64,000 bases of DNA from Macrostomum lignano (taxonomy: Eukaryota): positions 186,001 to 250,000 of the forward strand of contig NIVC01000199.1 in the NCBI GenBank assembly GCA_002269645.1, written 5' to 3'. This document shows, in pieces, positions 22,783-36,000 of this stretch (position 1 is the stretch's first letter; each line of letters opens with the position of its first letter). A program made the position numbers and the translations under genes. Under the pieces are notes generated by a model, which searched no databases, was not told the origin of the DNA, and saw only the letters and a list, made by a program, of their open reading frames with translations.

Positions 22783-24822
22783 ATGCACTCGACAAGACAA
22801 CAAAGTTACTTCCCTCAAGCATCCGCCGGTGTGGCAAAGAAGTTTCGAGCGGCCAACGGAACAGGCAGCTCTGTGGAAAATATTATGCATTTAATTTCCA
22901 GTCTCACACAACCTGCAAGCGGCTGCAACTTCTATGTAACTTTAGACGACAAAACACTTCAGCGGTTGAACTCAATGGTCGATGAGGTCACAAGCTGCAC
23001 TCGAGACCGACTTCCGCTAGACAACATGGAACTAATTCAGGAACACCAAAAAATGAGCTTCACAGGTGAAATGTTTCAAAAGTTGCTTCAACATGCAGCC
23101 ACAGAAATTTCAAAGTTCCTGATGATGAATGTTAGACAGAATACTCAGGCTTCAGAAATGAATTTACGGGCAGCGCAACAAGGAAATAAGGCTCAAACAG
23201 GTAAGAGCAAGGTGCTGCGGTACTACAACAACAGCACACCTGGTGGCAGAGCGTCATCCGTGCCGCAGACTCTGGACTTCCGCAATCAGCGATGGGACAC
23301 GAGTGGAATGCCGGCCTCGATTCCACAACACCTGTGGGACATGAGACGAGAGGAGAACAGGTGGCAGTCCTTCCACCTGCCGGATGCCAGCTTCACAGCG
23401 GCTCACCTGGTGTCAGTGACGGATCTGGCTGCTGACGGATTCTTCTACCTGCAGGAGTCGGACAGAGTAAAGTGTGCATTCTGCAAGGGTGTGCTCAAGG
23501 ACTGGGAGGCGGGCGAGCAGGTCCGAGAGGCTCACAGACGCCACTTCTCCACCTGTCCGTTCGTGCTGTTCGTCGAGGTCGGCAACGTGCCTCGAGACCA
23601 CAGAGAGCCGGAAGGAGTCTCGAGGTCAGCAAAGCTGGTAGAGGCAGTGCAGTGCAGTGATCCGACTGCAGATGATGCAGCAGTGATGGTGAACGGAGAC
23701 TGGAGCATGAATCTGGTCGCTGAGCTACCACCGATGGAGTTCGCTGGACTGAACGAGTGGGCGCTGGCGACACGCGCAACTTTTGGAACGAATGCAGAAC
23801 GCGATGTGGACAATAAGCTGGTCGCTTTCGACATGATGAAGCGTCCTCAGCTTCCAGTGTCGAGCGAAGTAGCGAGATCTGCGTGCTCCGAGAGAGCTCT
23901 CACGAACCTGTCTGCTCTGCAGCACAGTGTCGAGAGTGATCCATCGAGTGTGACTGCCAAACACACACAGTTCGAGACCTACCAAGCGAGGTCGCAGTCT
24001 CTGCACTCGGCTCTCGTTCAGCAGCCAGTGTACTTGCTTGCAAAGGCGGGCTTCTTCTACTCGGAAGCCGAGAGAGCGACCTGCTGCTTCAGCTGCGGAC
24101 TTTGCATGAGCGAGTGGAGCTGCGACGATGATGTGTGGGTTGAGCACGCCAGGTGGTCACCTCGGTGTCCTCACGTGTTGTTGGAGCGAGGTAGCGACTT
24201 TGTACAGGCGGTGCATCGACTGTCGCCTCCCGTGCAGCACCCGACTTGTGGCGCCTCAGCTCAGCGTCACACTGCATTGGTACAGACGGACTCAACTGCA
24301 TCAGCTGGTGTTGCGACTGTCGACGGGTCCGCAGTCCACAGCAGTCGCGCAGACGAGGCTCTCGCAGTCACTCCTGGAGTCGAGTTCAGAGTTGAGGCCA
24401 GAGACATCAAGGCGAGAGCCGACCTGCCCGTTGTGAGACTGCTCACTCAGCTCGGATTCTCCGCTCTGCAAGTGAGACTGTTCACAGAGCTGCATCTCAG
24501 ACAGCGAGGCGATGACTTTGCCACATCGGAGCTGTTCCTCGACTTCATGCTCACCGAGAGCCGCCGCATGCGCAAGCAGTCGCAGGACCCGGAGACGTTC
24601 TTCGAGAGCAGGATGTCTCAGATTCGAGAGTCTCTGAACCAACAGCCGAGACCCCGAGACACAACCGACTGGAAGACGTGCAAGGTGTGCATGGACAAGG
24701 AGGTGAACATCATACTGCTGGACTGTGGTCACGTGGCCTGCTGCTCAGTGTGCGCCAAGTCGCTGAAGACGTGCCCCATCTGCAGAGCCTTCATTCGGGG
24801 TGTACTTTTTCTGCGGGACTGA
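22783..24822 (+). CDS. inhibitor of apoptosis protein (BIR-BIR-UBA-like-RING), intronless, copy 3, 679 aa
   Basis: Same BIR, UBA-like and RING motifs as copy 1; intact ORF from ATG; unique 137-codon N-terminus. Confidence 0.95.
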   Translation: MHSTRQQSYFPQASAGVAKKFRAANGTGSSVENIMHLISSLTQPASGCNFYVTLDDKTLQRLNSMVDEVTSCTRDRLPLDNMELIQEHQKMSFTGEMFQKLLQHAATEISKFLMMNVRQNTQASEMNLRAAQQGNKAQTGKSKVLRYYNNSTPGGRASSVPQTLDFRNQRWDTSGMPASIPQHLWDMRREENRWQSFHLPDASFTAAHLVSVTDLAADGFFYLQESDRVKCAFCKGVLKDWEAGEQVREAHRRHFSTCPFVLFVEVGNVPRDHREPEGVSRSAKLVEAVQCSDPTADDAAVMVNGDWSMNLVAELPPMEFAGLNEWALATRATFGTNAERDVDNKLVAFDMMKRPQLPVSSEVARSACSERALTNLSALQHSVESDPSSVTAKHTQFETYQARSQSLHSALVQQPVYLLAKAGFFYSEAERATCCFSCGLCMSEWSCDDDVWVEHARWSPRCPHVLLERGSDFVQAVHRLSPPVQHPTCGASAQRHTALVQTDSTASAGVATVDGSAVHSSRADEALAVTPGVEFRVEARDIKARADLPVVRLLTQLGFSALQVRLFTELHLRQRGDDFATSELFLDFMLTESRRMRKQSQDPETFFESRMSQIRESLNQQPRPRDTTDWKTCKVCMDKEVNIILLDCGHVACCSVCAKSLKTCPICRAFIRGVLFLRD

Positions 24823-25093
24823 TGAACTCGTACAGTGGGTGGACTGTGAATTTTTTATACCTGGTAGTCAATAATGGTATTTCTCAACGTTTACTTTGCT
24901 TTTCTATCAAAAATGTATCTTTATCATTTTCTTTTTGTTTTTTGAACTGTCTTTCAGTTTTAAAAGCTTTTGTTTTCAGCTATTGCGTGAGACAATAGTT
25001 TGTTTGTCCCACTCCGTATTTCCGCCTATTTATCCAGTCCAGTCTTACATAAAATTCGGTTTAAAGCTGTCTAATTACGAGCGTACTTGCTTA

Positions 25094-25350
25094 TCTAAAT
25101 ATACTAAATCTCTAATATTTGTTTGTATGTTTGTCCATAACGCTCTAGAGATTGCAATTCTTGACAGATTTCCATATACTAAAAATGGTTTGTTTGTTTG
25201 TTTGTTTGTACGAAATCGATTATCTCCCAAAAGGCTTGACCGATTTTCTTTGAACTTGCACTGTTCGATCAGAATTTTTTCCGTGAGGGTACATGCATCG
25301 TGGCTAAGAAATTACTCGATGTTAAAGAGATTAAATATTCGAAAAAAAAT
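25094..25350 (+). mobile_element. two adjacent Helitron-type 5' termini
   Basis: A|TCTAAATATACTAAATC at 25094 (also at 16788) and TCCATATACTAAAAATGG + (GTTT)n at 25171; the downstream ~180 bp matches 2600-2760. Confidence 0.55.
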
Positions 25351-25574
25351 CTCTAAAACTTTAAGACTAAAGCCATTAATCAAAAAATTGAAAGACCTGA
25401 AATTACCCATGCAGACTTTGCTCCTTAGTCTTCAGTCATGCCTTGGCAGTGAAGCAGGGGATAATTAATTTATTTGGTGGTATATTTATTACTAGTAATT
25501 AAACCAGTGGAAGTTTAATAGAATTGTTTAATCTATTCATCGTAAAACATCCACCTAATTCTGATCTGCAGCGA

Positions 25575-26423
25575 TCAGCCTTGAAAACCGAAGAATCGCT
25601 TCGACTGAGGAGCACCGACGGGAATGTTGTACTCGAGGATGAGCACCTTCATCATGGCGTACATGCAGCGCCTGTTGCACCTCTCGCTGCTATCGTCGCA
25701 GTCGCATTCGCTGGGCAACTCGCCAGCCAGCATCCTGGTGGCCATCTTGGTGTTCTCCATGTTCTCCACGATCTTGTCGTAGCTCAGAGAGCCATCCGGC
25801 GGGCAGCGGACTCCGTTGACGATGCAGGGGCGCAGGAAGGCTTCGAGCTGGCCCTCGGTGAGCCGGTTGCGGCCGCCCGGCTGAGCAGACTGGGAAAGAG
25901 CGAGTTAAGATTGAGTATGCACAGAATTATTAGCTGCAATTATGAGTATTGAGAGCGTTCATTTACATGTAAGAGTCACGTCTGTATTGGATGTGGACGG
26001 GCATCTGGACGGGAATCAGCACTGGATTCGGACAGATCTGCATTGGATTCGGACAGATCTGCACTGGATTCGGAAAGATTTGCACTGGATTCGGACAGAT
26101 CTGCACTGGATTCGGACAGATCTGCATTGGATTCGGGCATATCTGCATTGGATTCGGACATTCTGGAAGATCTGCATTGGATTCGGGCATATCTGCATTG
26201 GATTCGGACATTCTGGAAGATCTGCATTGGATTCGGGCATATCTGCATTGGATTCGGACATTCTGGAAGATCTGCATTGGATTCGGACAGATCTGCACTG
26301 GATTCGGACAGATCTGCATTGGATTCGGACAGATCTGCACTGGATTCGGAGATTCACAATAAATAGAGGTCTTACCACAGTGGCCACGATGGCAAAAAGA
26401 GCAGCACAGACGATGAGCTTCAT
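25575..26423 (-). CDS. two-exon gene for a 120-aa secreted six-cysteine protein / candidate peptide precursor (exon 1 26423-26376, exon 2 25889-25575)
   Basis: Exon 1 MKLIVCAALFAIVATV, GTAAGA donor, polypyrimidine-CCCAG acceptor, phase-0 join to SAQPGGRNRLTEGQLEAFLRPCIVNGVRCPPDG..CDCDDSSERCNRRC..QSKRFFGFQG*; GC-rich codon usage; a paralog conserves the frame and cysteines. Confidence 0.8.
26008..26350 (-). repeat. 21-bp minisatellite inside the intron of the secreted-protein gene
   Basis: GATTCGGACAGATCTGCATTG units, the reverse complement of the array at 19779-20223. Confidence 0.95.
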
Positions 26424-27264
26424 GATTGAGAGATGGTTAAGCTGTTCTCAAGTTGCAGTTGCAGTGATCTGGCTGAGGAAAACGATTTGCTGCCTCCCTA
26501 AAGTTTCGAATGCCGTTAAATAGACTTTTGACAGCAATTATTGCAACGGAATGTGTCGAATCTGACTTTAATGGTTTTCTTCCGGCCGGGGGGGGGGCGT
26601 ATGGGATGGTGAAAATTGGAGGGTCGACAAAAAGAGCAGGAAGCTTTTAATGCGAGGTCATTATGTAGAGTTTTTCGACAATATCCAACTTATAGTGTCA
26701 TTCGGTACGGAAACTGTAGATAAGCCTTCACAGTTTAAATAGTGCTCGAACAGTTTTCCCTTAAAAGAGAAATGTCTGCTAAAAAATGCTCTACCGCTTT
26801 GGTCTGGAGCAGTAAACGCGTCTGACGCTCGCTCCAGAACACCTGGTTCGATTCCCTGCGTGGCCACATTCATTTCTGGAGTTTGCGCCTGCGCCTGCGT
26901 ACATTATTGGCGCCTTGTACTCCCATGTGCTCTGAAATTAGAATTGCCTTAGTCGCTGAAGGCGTCGCACCAGGGGCTCATAACCTTCATTAGTATGTCC
27001 CCGTTTAAAGGATGTCATTTTGCGCAGAATGAGGAATGTTAATGGCTACTGACAGTTTATTTTGAAGTTTTGTAGCTGGAACGTTTTTTAATAGATTGGC
27101 TCGCTTTCGATGTCTCCTGGTCGTCAAGGATGGAAAAACTGCTTAAGAAATAAATAATTTGGAACCAATCTTACTTAAATAGGTTTTAAATGGGCAACGA
27201 TGTTGACCACAAATGCTTTCATCGCTTCAAAACAGTCTTTATTTTATTAAAGTATAAGCCTTCG

Positions 27265-27697
<433 letters not shown>

Positions 27698-30600
27698 TTA
27701 CCCAAAATATTGCTGTGACCATGCAGGCGTCCAAATGATACTAATCCAGTTAAGGACTGAGAGGGATTGTACACTGTGAAAATAAAAGTAGCGTAATCTA
27801 AAACAAAAAGCTACGTTGAGGTCATGTCAAGCATGGAAGAAGCGTCGGTTTTAAAAATTGTCTTGAGACGTCAAGACTGACGGGAAATTGCTGAGATGCC
27901 AAGGCTTACTGGGGGATTACTGAGATGTCATGGCTGAGAGTTCAGAAGCTACATGTAGTTTATTCAAAAATCTTTAGTCCATTCCTTTGTTGTTGGCTCT
28001 CCAACGCTTTCTATCGGGGGTGCTTGCTATCGAGTGATCGCTTGCTGTCTATGTCTGGGTTGCTTACGATTGCGGGAAGGAAGCCTAGAGAGGCTTAGAA
28101 TGTTTATGAGCGTAGTTTTATACGATGATCAATAGCAAAAATACGAAAGCTACTTTAAATGGCAGATCTATTTAACTTGATCAAATGACACAGCTTTCTA
28201 ATACTTTTGCTGGGTCTGCCAGCTAATTTTACTTTCTGCAAAATGAATTAATGTCAACCGGACAAGAGGAAATGTGCATACGTTTTGGTTTCTACAACAG
28301 TATCTCAGCTTGATATGTATTTAGTTCACGAATCGATTCAGATATGTATTTAACCACTTCCGTGACTGAGCAGAACCTGGATATTTAGGTCCACTATTAG
28401 AATTTCGTTGGTGTATGGAGGGCCCGTTGCACTGGAGACAGTGTAGGGACCTCTGCGAAGTTGATTTTGTTCGTACGCTAACACCCACTGTTACAGGCTC
28501 TAATAAATAAGCAGCGTTTTCACTAAGCGTATGTTACTCGTATAGCATCAACAACCGGAAATGAAAGTATTGGAGTTTGGAATTTTTATCATCTTTTTCC
28601 GGTTCAGTTTATATTGCTGCTAGTTAATTGCTGGAGTTTTTGGAGCGATTATAAAGACTGAATGGTGACTGACACGTGATGCATCAGCTAATAGTTCGGC
28701 TATTAACAGTGGGAATACCAAGCCATTTTTCCGCCCGTAGAACTACCAAGAGGGGGGAAATCACCCCTGGCAATTTTTTTGCTGCGCCGTATTGGAGCAA
28801 CGCAGGCACAGGAAATTCAAGAACACGGGCTAACTTTTTGTTGAGCACCTTCTCGTCGATATTCGACGATTCTGCCAGAAGGTTGGATTTTTCCCAGTGC
28901 AGCCTTGCCAAGTCTCGAAGTTTCATTAGCACGTCGATTACATTTGTCTGCATCAGCTCTGACTTTGTTGGTCACTGGATTTTACCCAGACGGAGCTTCT
29001 GAACCTTCAACAGGTGGCACCAGGTGACTATGGACAACCTACTGCGAATTTCTCTAGTTTCGCTGATCAAGCCTCGACAGTGGGCAAGCCTCAACTGCTG
29101 GACATCCTAGGCTAGTCTCTCAAGCATTCCGTTATCACCCGGACGCCGTCGGCACGTCCAACAGATTACACCAGGCGACTATGGACGCGCTGTTGCGAAT
29201 TTCTGTGATTTCGCTGACCGGAACAGTTGCTCTGATCAGTTGCTCCTGTACAATGAGCTGGTTTTGTTTGAGGCTAGCTCTTAGACTTTATTTTGATCTT
29301 AATCTTAGTCTTACTCTAGTGGGTGTCATTTTGCTCTCCAGAGGGGGGCAATTGGTTTGTTTTAACTGTCCAAACTTCACACTGACACTGAGGTAGAGCA
29401 AACTTCATCGCATCCATAGCAGTGACTTCATTAACTTCGATCTTTTCTGCAATCATCTTGCCTCTTTCGAACGGATTCTGGCTCATCTGCATAAAAAAGA
29501 AAAGTGCTGCGTAAGTGATAGAATGATTAAACCAGCAAACTTGTTTACCTCAAGGGCCAGGTAAAAAACTTTGCTAATGCTGCGGCCCGGATGGGAGAGG
29601 ACAGAAGAGAGGAAAGGCGAGAGAGATAAGAGAAGAGAGGAATGAAGGGAGAGGAGAAGAGAAGATGAGAGAGGTGGACCTTGAGGTAGTCGCCGTTTCT
29701 TACGACTCGATTAAAGAAACATCTAATTCTGCTTCAATAAGGATTCCCCATCATTTGCCCTGCTCTCAGTTGAGTCTGTAAACTGATAGCCGCCATGAAG
29801 CATGCAGAGCATGCAAGCAGACAGGTAAAGAGAATGCAGTGAGACAAAAGGAAGCATCAGACACATTCGTCCCAAATCCCGGTATCTGAAACCGGTAAAA
29901 CGGATATTTCAGGAAAAGCAATACCGTCCTCAAGCATTGTGAATTTAAATCTGAATGCACTGAGGAATTATTCAAGGTGTAAAAATGAGCATTACTTTGC
30001 TGCACCAAAAGACGTCCCAAGCATCTCCGCAGAGCGGCGGCCTGGCTTTCTCCATAGGTCGTCAAGGCCCTACAGCTCCTTCTATCATTTTTCTAGTCTT
30101 CCAACTAGCCAGACAGTCAAAGAGACGCCCGTTGGATTCAATTCCCTTTCCGCTGTGCACAGCCGGCACGAATTGTCCTTCTGCTTTCTTAGGCGAGCTC
30201 TCACCTTTGATCTCAATGTCTATCCAGCTGGCCGTGAGCTGGGGGGCCTCAAGGAGGCCTGGAAGAAGCTTCATGGCTTTCCATCAGCGACTTAAATAAT
30301 CCTGATTAGGGTTAAGTGTTAGTACTTTCGTTTCCCTCTTTGGAACAATAGCCATTACGCCTCCTCCTTGCACTTTGATACTATGACATCATTGACTATG
30401 ATGTCATCGAAGCTTCAGCCGTGGCATGCGCGACATGTCCGTCCGATAAAGAACTTCTGATTTATTTTCGTCATACATCCGAGTGATGCACTGGCTCACT
30501 CCGTCCGGCCAAGCGATAAAGTTGATGAAAAAATTTTTCTTTCGCTTTCGCTTTCCGCATTTTGAGCAGGTTTTGCTGTCCGGGGAATTCTCCGTCAGGA

Positions 30601-30745
30601 TACGATTCAGGAAGTGTTTCTCGCCAGTAACACTCACCAGTTACCACTTATAGTTGCATCCAAATGGCCGAATGTCTTTAGCCGCAGTTCCCTCATGCTG
30701 AACAAATTTCGATATCTGTTCAAAGTTCCTGGCGAGGCCGACAAT

Positions 30746-31111
30746 ATTCTCCGCCCTGCAAGTGAGACTGTTCACAGAGCTGCATCTCAGACAGCGAGGC
30801 GACGACTTTTCCACATCGGAGCTCTTCCTCGACTTCATGCTCACCGAGAGCGCTGCATGCGCAAGCAGTCGCAGGACCCGGAGGCGTTCTTCGAGAGCAG
30901 GATGTCGGAGATTCGAGAGTCTCTGAACCAACAGCCGAGACACCGAGACACAACCGACTGGAAGACGTGCAAGGTGTGCATGGACAAGGAGGTGAACATC
31001 ATGCTGCTGGACTGTGGTCACGTGGCCTGCTGCTCAGTGTGCGCCAAGTCGCTGAAGACGTGCCCCATCTGCAGAGCATTCATTCGGGGTGTACTTTTTC
31101 TGCGGGACTGA
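30746..31111 (+). pseudogene. IAP copy 4: 3' fragment (end of UBA-like segment + RING) with a frameshift
   Basis: Near-identical to the last ~360 nt of copy 3; 1-bp loss at ~30851; shares ~70 bp of 3' flank with copy 2. Confidence 0.9.
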
Positions 31112-31436
31112 TGAACTCGTACAGGATTTGGACTGTGAATTCTACTAGGATGGGTCCCAATGGCTTCGTCAAAACAGTTTTAATATCTTATGAACGATGG
31201 CACCTAGGCACTGATTATATTAATTATGCATGTAATTTTTAATAGAAGTTCTTCTTGTCGAGCATTCAAAGGTATTCCCTTGTATGCTCATGTAGTCTCT
31301 TTTAGGCTATCAGCCGTATACCCGCATCATCAAATTAAAGTTTTTTGTTAAATAAGTTTTAAAAGCTTAGGTGCACAGTTTTACATAAGATTTGTTCAGT
31401 AATTTGTTTTCCTCTTCATATTTTTGCTTGCTTATA

Positions 31437-32130
31437 CAACAACAACAACAGAATACGCAGTTAGCGTCACAGGGCGCGCCTCAAGGCCATGTCGCGGATG
31501 AACGCTATGCCGCCAGTCGAATCCGGGGCGCCGGCGTCAGCCAGTAGGCAGTCGACGAAACGCCGAGTGCGCGCCTGTCCCTGTCGGTACGGTGCCTGCA
31601 GCGTTAACAGCAGCACCTCCTGCACCGGCTGTGGGCAGTACGACTCGGCGTGGATGATGTGGCCTGCCAGCTGGAGTCGCTGGCGGCGCAACAGGTCGCT
31701 TGGACGGACCAGACCACGCGGTGATACAATACCGCGTTGGTCACTCGCTCGTTGCCGATCTTGAAGGCGGCGCGCAGCAGGCCAGCATGCGCCGTGTCAA
31801 CTTGTTGCTCGAACGACTCCGCCAGCGTCCAGGTCTCGGCGTTGTACAGCAGGACGGTCTCGATCACCGCCTAAAACAACGCCACCCTCTGGCGGTCAGG
31901 AAAGGCCTCGGACTGCAGGACTGCCCTCACAGAACAAAAGGCAGCCCAGGCAAGCCCGCGGCGACGCCGCAAGTCCTCACGGACGCCGGGAACCAGACCG
32001 CACGACGTTTTTCTGCGTGTTGACCACCAGGCCGACACTCGCCGCAACAGCAACTAGCTTGTCCAGTTGTCGCTGGGCGCCCTCGACATTTGAAGACAAC
32101 AGGGCGACATCGTCGGTGTAGCCAAGCAAC
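31437..32130 (-). mobile_element. RTE-type LINE 3' fragment
   Basis: LLGYTDDVAL RT motif, IETVLLYNAETWTLA, (GTT)n tail at 31437-31450; homologous to 8770-9329. Confidence 0.85.
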
Positions 32131-33098
32131 TATGAAGCGAATATGAAATGATGGTTGACACATAATACGCAAGTTAAGTTCAGCTATCGATTTAGAGACC
32201 AACTCCGTCATTTGAGATTTGAAACCGTGGACAGCTAGAATGGAATGACGATATACTCGCGCATCAAGGTCGATTCTCGCTGCAAAGTTCCTTAGCGAGC
32301 TGGATGAGTTCAGCTCTTGTAGCACTAAATTAGTGAATTTCCCTCCTGGACTGGACGGGCGTAGCACGCTGATGACTGCGTACGTATCAGCGCGCTTGTG
32401 TGTCTGCTCAGGGGAGTCGGCTGTATGGGCAGTAATGCTGCTCACCGGTTTTGTGAGAAAAATGTCGCTTATCTTCCAGTAGACCTTTGTTAAGGCTTGC
32501 AAGATGAAAAGAAAAACAGACCTTAGCACTGAAACTGACAGGTTGAGCATAGGTTATAGTGTGACAACTTTGTGTTCGAGAATGCGGGACTTTGCTCTCT
32601 TGTTATGCGATGCCACTAATCATCATATCATAGATGAAAATCAGCTATTAAACAACAATGATTAGAGGTTACAGCAATGTGAGATGAGGAAGAGCGCACA
32701 CAAAACATCATTTCAATCGCGCGCCATGTTGCATCAAAAGTACACGTCCACCCTTCAGACAGTCACTGTACAAGACAAATATAAATATGTACTCCAAAAT
32801 CCAAACGTACTTGTACTTTACAGCTCAGCTCTGATCGAGTCTGGGCCTACACGGCGGCAAAAAAACTTGCCCATACTATATCTTTGTTTTAATCTTTTCA
32901 AAATTTTTCTAACTCCAATCTCACTGCAGGTGAAATAAAATCTTTAAAAGGCCGTCCTGTCTTCTCAAGCTTCTTATCTGTGCTTGAATTTCGAAAAAAA
33001 CTGCCTTGGTCTATTCCGAGGATAAAATGTTTGAGTTACGACCGTAAAGCAACAAGACGCAATTTTGCTTCCCGCTGTATTTGCAGCAAACTGTAAGT

Positions 33099-36000
33099 AT
33101 GTTGCAGAATAAATTAAAAATTGTGAAAATCCTAGTACTGGTCTTGCTGTCGGCTACGTGTATTTTTGGTGAGTGAGCCGTTGCGTTCTAGAGAACAAGC
33201 TACTCGAGTTGCACTAAAATTATTATCATAATTACTTTTCCCAAAAGTTCCGACCCCGAGAACGATCAAGAGCCACTAAAAGAAGCAATCTTGGAAGGCA
33301 ATGTCACAATTCTGCCTGGCATTGTCGTTGACGACTTGAACTTCGAGCCAGACTCCGATGAGGCCGATGCAAACCACGGCCCCCAGGACTCCAACAGTTT
33401 GCACCTCAATGCCAACCTGCTGGCTCAGCTTTCGGGCCAAAATCTTTGTCGAATTACGCCACACAGGCGATGGTGGTGGTGGGGCTACTACTATAGAATG
33501 TAAGTCATTTTATACCCTTGCGTGTAAAACTTGATGAAAGCGATCAACGGCCCCACAGACTGGGGAACAGATAATGCGAGCTAAATCAAAAGAGAAAGTG
33601 CGCTCGGGGCAGAGAGACGGAGAGGGCGAGCGCGACGGAGACAGGGAGAGTAGACAAGGCGTACAAAATTGACAAAGCAATGTAGATCGTGCCCGACCGG
33701 TCATCAACTACCCCGAAAGGAGAAGGAAGCCTACGGATTATTATTGACATCCACACCCGCTACAATGACACAAACATACTGTCCTTAATTTTAGTCGAGA
33801 CAGCAGTTATCCTCAGATTCGAAGACAGCAGTGGGGCTGGCGTAATTTGAATTACTTCGACTGCTGCCCTGGCTGGGCCCGAGAGAATCGGCACGACACG
33901 GGCTGCACAGTGCGTAAGTATTGATACTGTTGAGACCTCATGCGGCTTGTTTTTATACATGGTCTTGCCTTATCTTTTTTTGCATAACTACGAGTAAAAC
34001 GGGCATAACTTAAATCCGTTGTTACTTCGACAGCCATCTGCTTTGGTCGCAAAGGAGTCTGCCTGAATGGAGGCACCTGCACTCGACCCGACTACTGCAG
34101 CAACTGTTTCCCGACTCACTACAGCCCGAGATGCGACCGTAAGTGGCGAGGATTGGCCGTTTAGTGAAAACTCCCAGCAATCAAAGCTTTACACATGCAA
34201 CTGTGTACACACAGTTTGCCCTCAGATTCGGTTTTGTGCGCTGACCCATTGTCATCACAACCCGAGCGCTCACGAAACGAAGATTTGCCAGAGCTGCATG
34301 TACAATCACGAGCCAAGAGGCCAGGCCTACAAGCTTTCAGCAGATAGAAAGCATTGTATTGGTAAATAATCTGGGCTATGCTGAAATTATTAAAGGTGTA
34401 ACAATCCCTAGAAACAACCGAAACTTTTACAGAAACCTGCTCGTGGCGCCTGGAGCACAATTTATGCTTTCCTGGCAAGTGCGACGGCTACAGCACGGAG
34501 TGCAGGTGCGATCCCGACTTCGCCCCTCGTCCTGGCTCCAGAGATTGCCTAAGAAGTGAGAATTTTTCCTCTTGATACAAAGTGATGTCAAAATTTTATC
34601 ACAATTAAAAACATTTTTTTAGTTCTAACGAAGCCGACGGTGCTGACCGCCACAATGACTATCCGACTGCCTGCCACTGGCAACTGTAAGTAAACAAGAA
34701 TAGTACGAGCTTTTTTAGCTGCATTTCTTCTTCTCGGAAACTAATAGTTGAGGCTAATCTTTTCAGCTTCGAAGAACGAAGCCATAGTTGACTTTCATCG
34801 TCAGCAAAATACGAGTACTATTGACTACATCAATGCTAAGCCAGGTAAGGCTACATGGTTCTGTGAATCATTTAATCCTAAGCTGTCTATTTTCTTTTTT
34901 ACGATGAGAAAACTGAAACGAATACCTGTTTATAGCACCGAACAAGAAACTGGAGCTAGAGTGGGCAGTAACAAGCCGGTTCAAGCCGGAAATTTCGAGT
35001 CCGGGCGTTAGGCATCACTTCATTCCGACTGACGGCTATCAGATTGGCCTAGTGCGAGAGTACTTCGTCTTCACCCTTTCAGGGCACGGTACGTTGCCTG
35101 TACATTTTCCACTGGTCACTTCCATTGGCTCGGATCTCACACTCTTTATTGATCGATCTGAAGTGCAGTCACTCTGCAGACGCTCTTATGCGGCCCAGGC
35201 TCGATTCCAAGTGCAGTCACATTAAGTTTGGGGCTAAATTGGAATCTCGGCTTGGCTCTGCTCGTGCAATTGACGCCCTTGAAGGCCAACCCCAAAGGCA
35301 TAGTGAAGTGTACATGCCTAAAGATAAAGTTAGGGCCGCTGTACACTCCTGTGTGAGTGTGTGCCTGTGCGTATGACTGCGTCATTGCGTTTGTTTGCCT
35401 GCTCAGGGGAGTCTGCGGAATGGGCAGCAATGCCTCTCGCCGGTTGTGTGAGTGACAATGTCGCTTATGTACACAGCCCCCTGCTTTTAATAAAAACAAC
35501 ATGGACAGTAAAAGTTATATTTCATCACCCAAAAATTGATTTATCTGGAGACGTGGGAACAAGACCTCAAACAAACATTGATTCCTTTTGTCGTACTGAA
35601 GATAAACATAGGCGAATGTAACGGTGAAATGTCCATCCAAATGAAAACATTGGATAAGCTTACACTTTCCTCTGTTGCAGCCACTTATCCTGCGAATTCA
35701 ATCGGTCCGTTCGATGACCACAGGGTCTCGGAGACCAATCCGAAACTAGCGGAGCTGACATTCAGCGGTCAGCTGACTCAGCTACCGCCGACTGGCTGGG
35801 AGCTGCAGTCAGGCCAGACGCTCCGCTACTCTTACACGGTGAAAAACGGGGGCTTTGTAACCGTTGATAACTTGGACGCCAACGGGGTCAGGTCGCGGCG
35901 CTTTCTGACTGGCCAGGAGTTCTCGCAGGTGGGCACGTTTGTGTTCGACTTCAACGAGCCGTACCACTGCACTCGGGTCGGCCAGACAGAAGGGCATCGA

